A stretch of DNA of 32,000 nt, taken from NCBI RefSeq assembly GCF_000012465.1, contig NC_007335.2, positions 1,050,001-1,082,000 on the forward strand, read 5' to 3'. The notes under the pieces are model-generated. The model made no database searches, was not told the origin of the DNA, and worked only from the letters and a program-made list of their open reading frames with translations. Position numbers and translations under genes: made by a program. This document shows, in pieces, positions 31,866-32,000 of this stretch (position 1 is its first letter; every line of letters begins with the position of its first letter). The stretch comes from Prochlorococcus marinus str. NATL2A. GTDB taxonomy: Bacteria > Cyanobacteriota > Cyanobacteriia > PCC-6307 > Cyanobiaceae.

Positions 31866-32000
31866 CTAACTAACTTTAATAGTTACTCAAAGTTCCTAAT
31901 AGTGTCTTGAAGAGGTGACGCCTAGAGTAGGAAATGAGGCTAATCAACTTTTCTGGAAGACTTTAGGTTTTGTTTATCAAAAAAAGTACAGACCTACTTT

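Noticed and set aside
1-32000. Search for CRISPR arrays, rRNA, intact transposases or integrases, restriction-modification or other recognisable defence systems, and toxin-antitoxin pairs.
   Set aside because: No regularly spaced direct repeats, no rRNA-like conserved stretches, and no ORF longer than 360 aa. No nuclease, methylase, ATPase or transposase motifs were seen in any translated frame that I read.

Overview
The window is very AT-rich and looks like chromosome from a high-light-adapted Prochlorococcus-type marine picocyanobacterium. I recognise these core genes: psaJ (32..166), psbA (8974..10056), endonuclease VIII nei (10998..11843), ribosome-rescue factor arfB (7715..8137) and a PAP/fibrillin-family gene (11925..12398). 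There are ten hli (high-light-inducible protein) genes. Eight of them sit in two apparently identical 1,312-bp direct repeats (4947..6258 and 22931..24242) that bracket psbA.

The rest is island-like. It holds dozens of micro-ORFs (30-120 aa, many below the ORF-track cutoff, often membrane peptides starting MTS...) and several scattered paralog families. Among these are three DUF4326-like genes and a Nif11-type leader-peptide gene. There are also many decayed genes carrying in-frame stops, two C-terminal remnants of a tyrosine integrase, and four remnants of a small HTH-like gene.

I found no tRNA, rRNA, CRISPR array, intact transposase/integrase or recognisable defence system. The most interesting unexplained signals are:
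- a conserved promoter-proximal motif (GCnCTACCnCGACCGAAC, then CACTACTTAAAG, then a -10 box) upstream of a small-peptide gene family and the hli operon;
- a three-copy 155-240-nt noncoding repeat family attached to that motif (candidate sRNA or leader), with one copy flanked by 17-bp direct repeats;
- an orphan intrinsic terminator in a long leader;
- recombination scars consistent with repeated integration of small mobile elements.

All calls come from reading and translating the sequence by eye. Family names are from memory and no database was searched.
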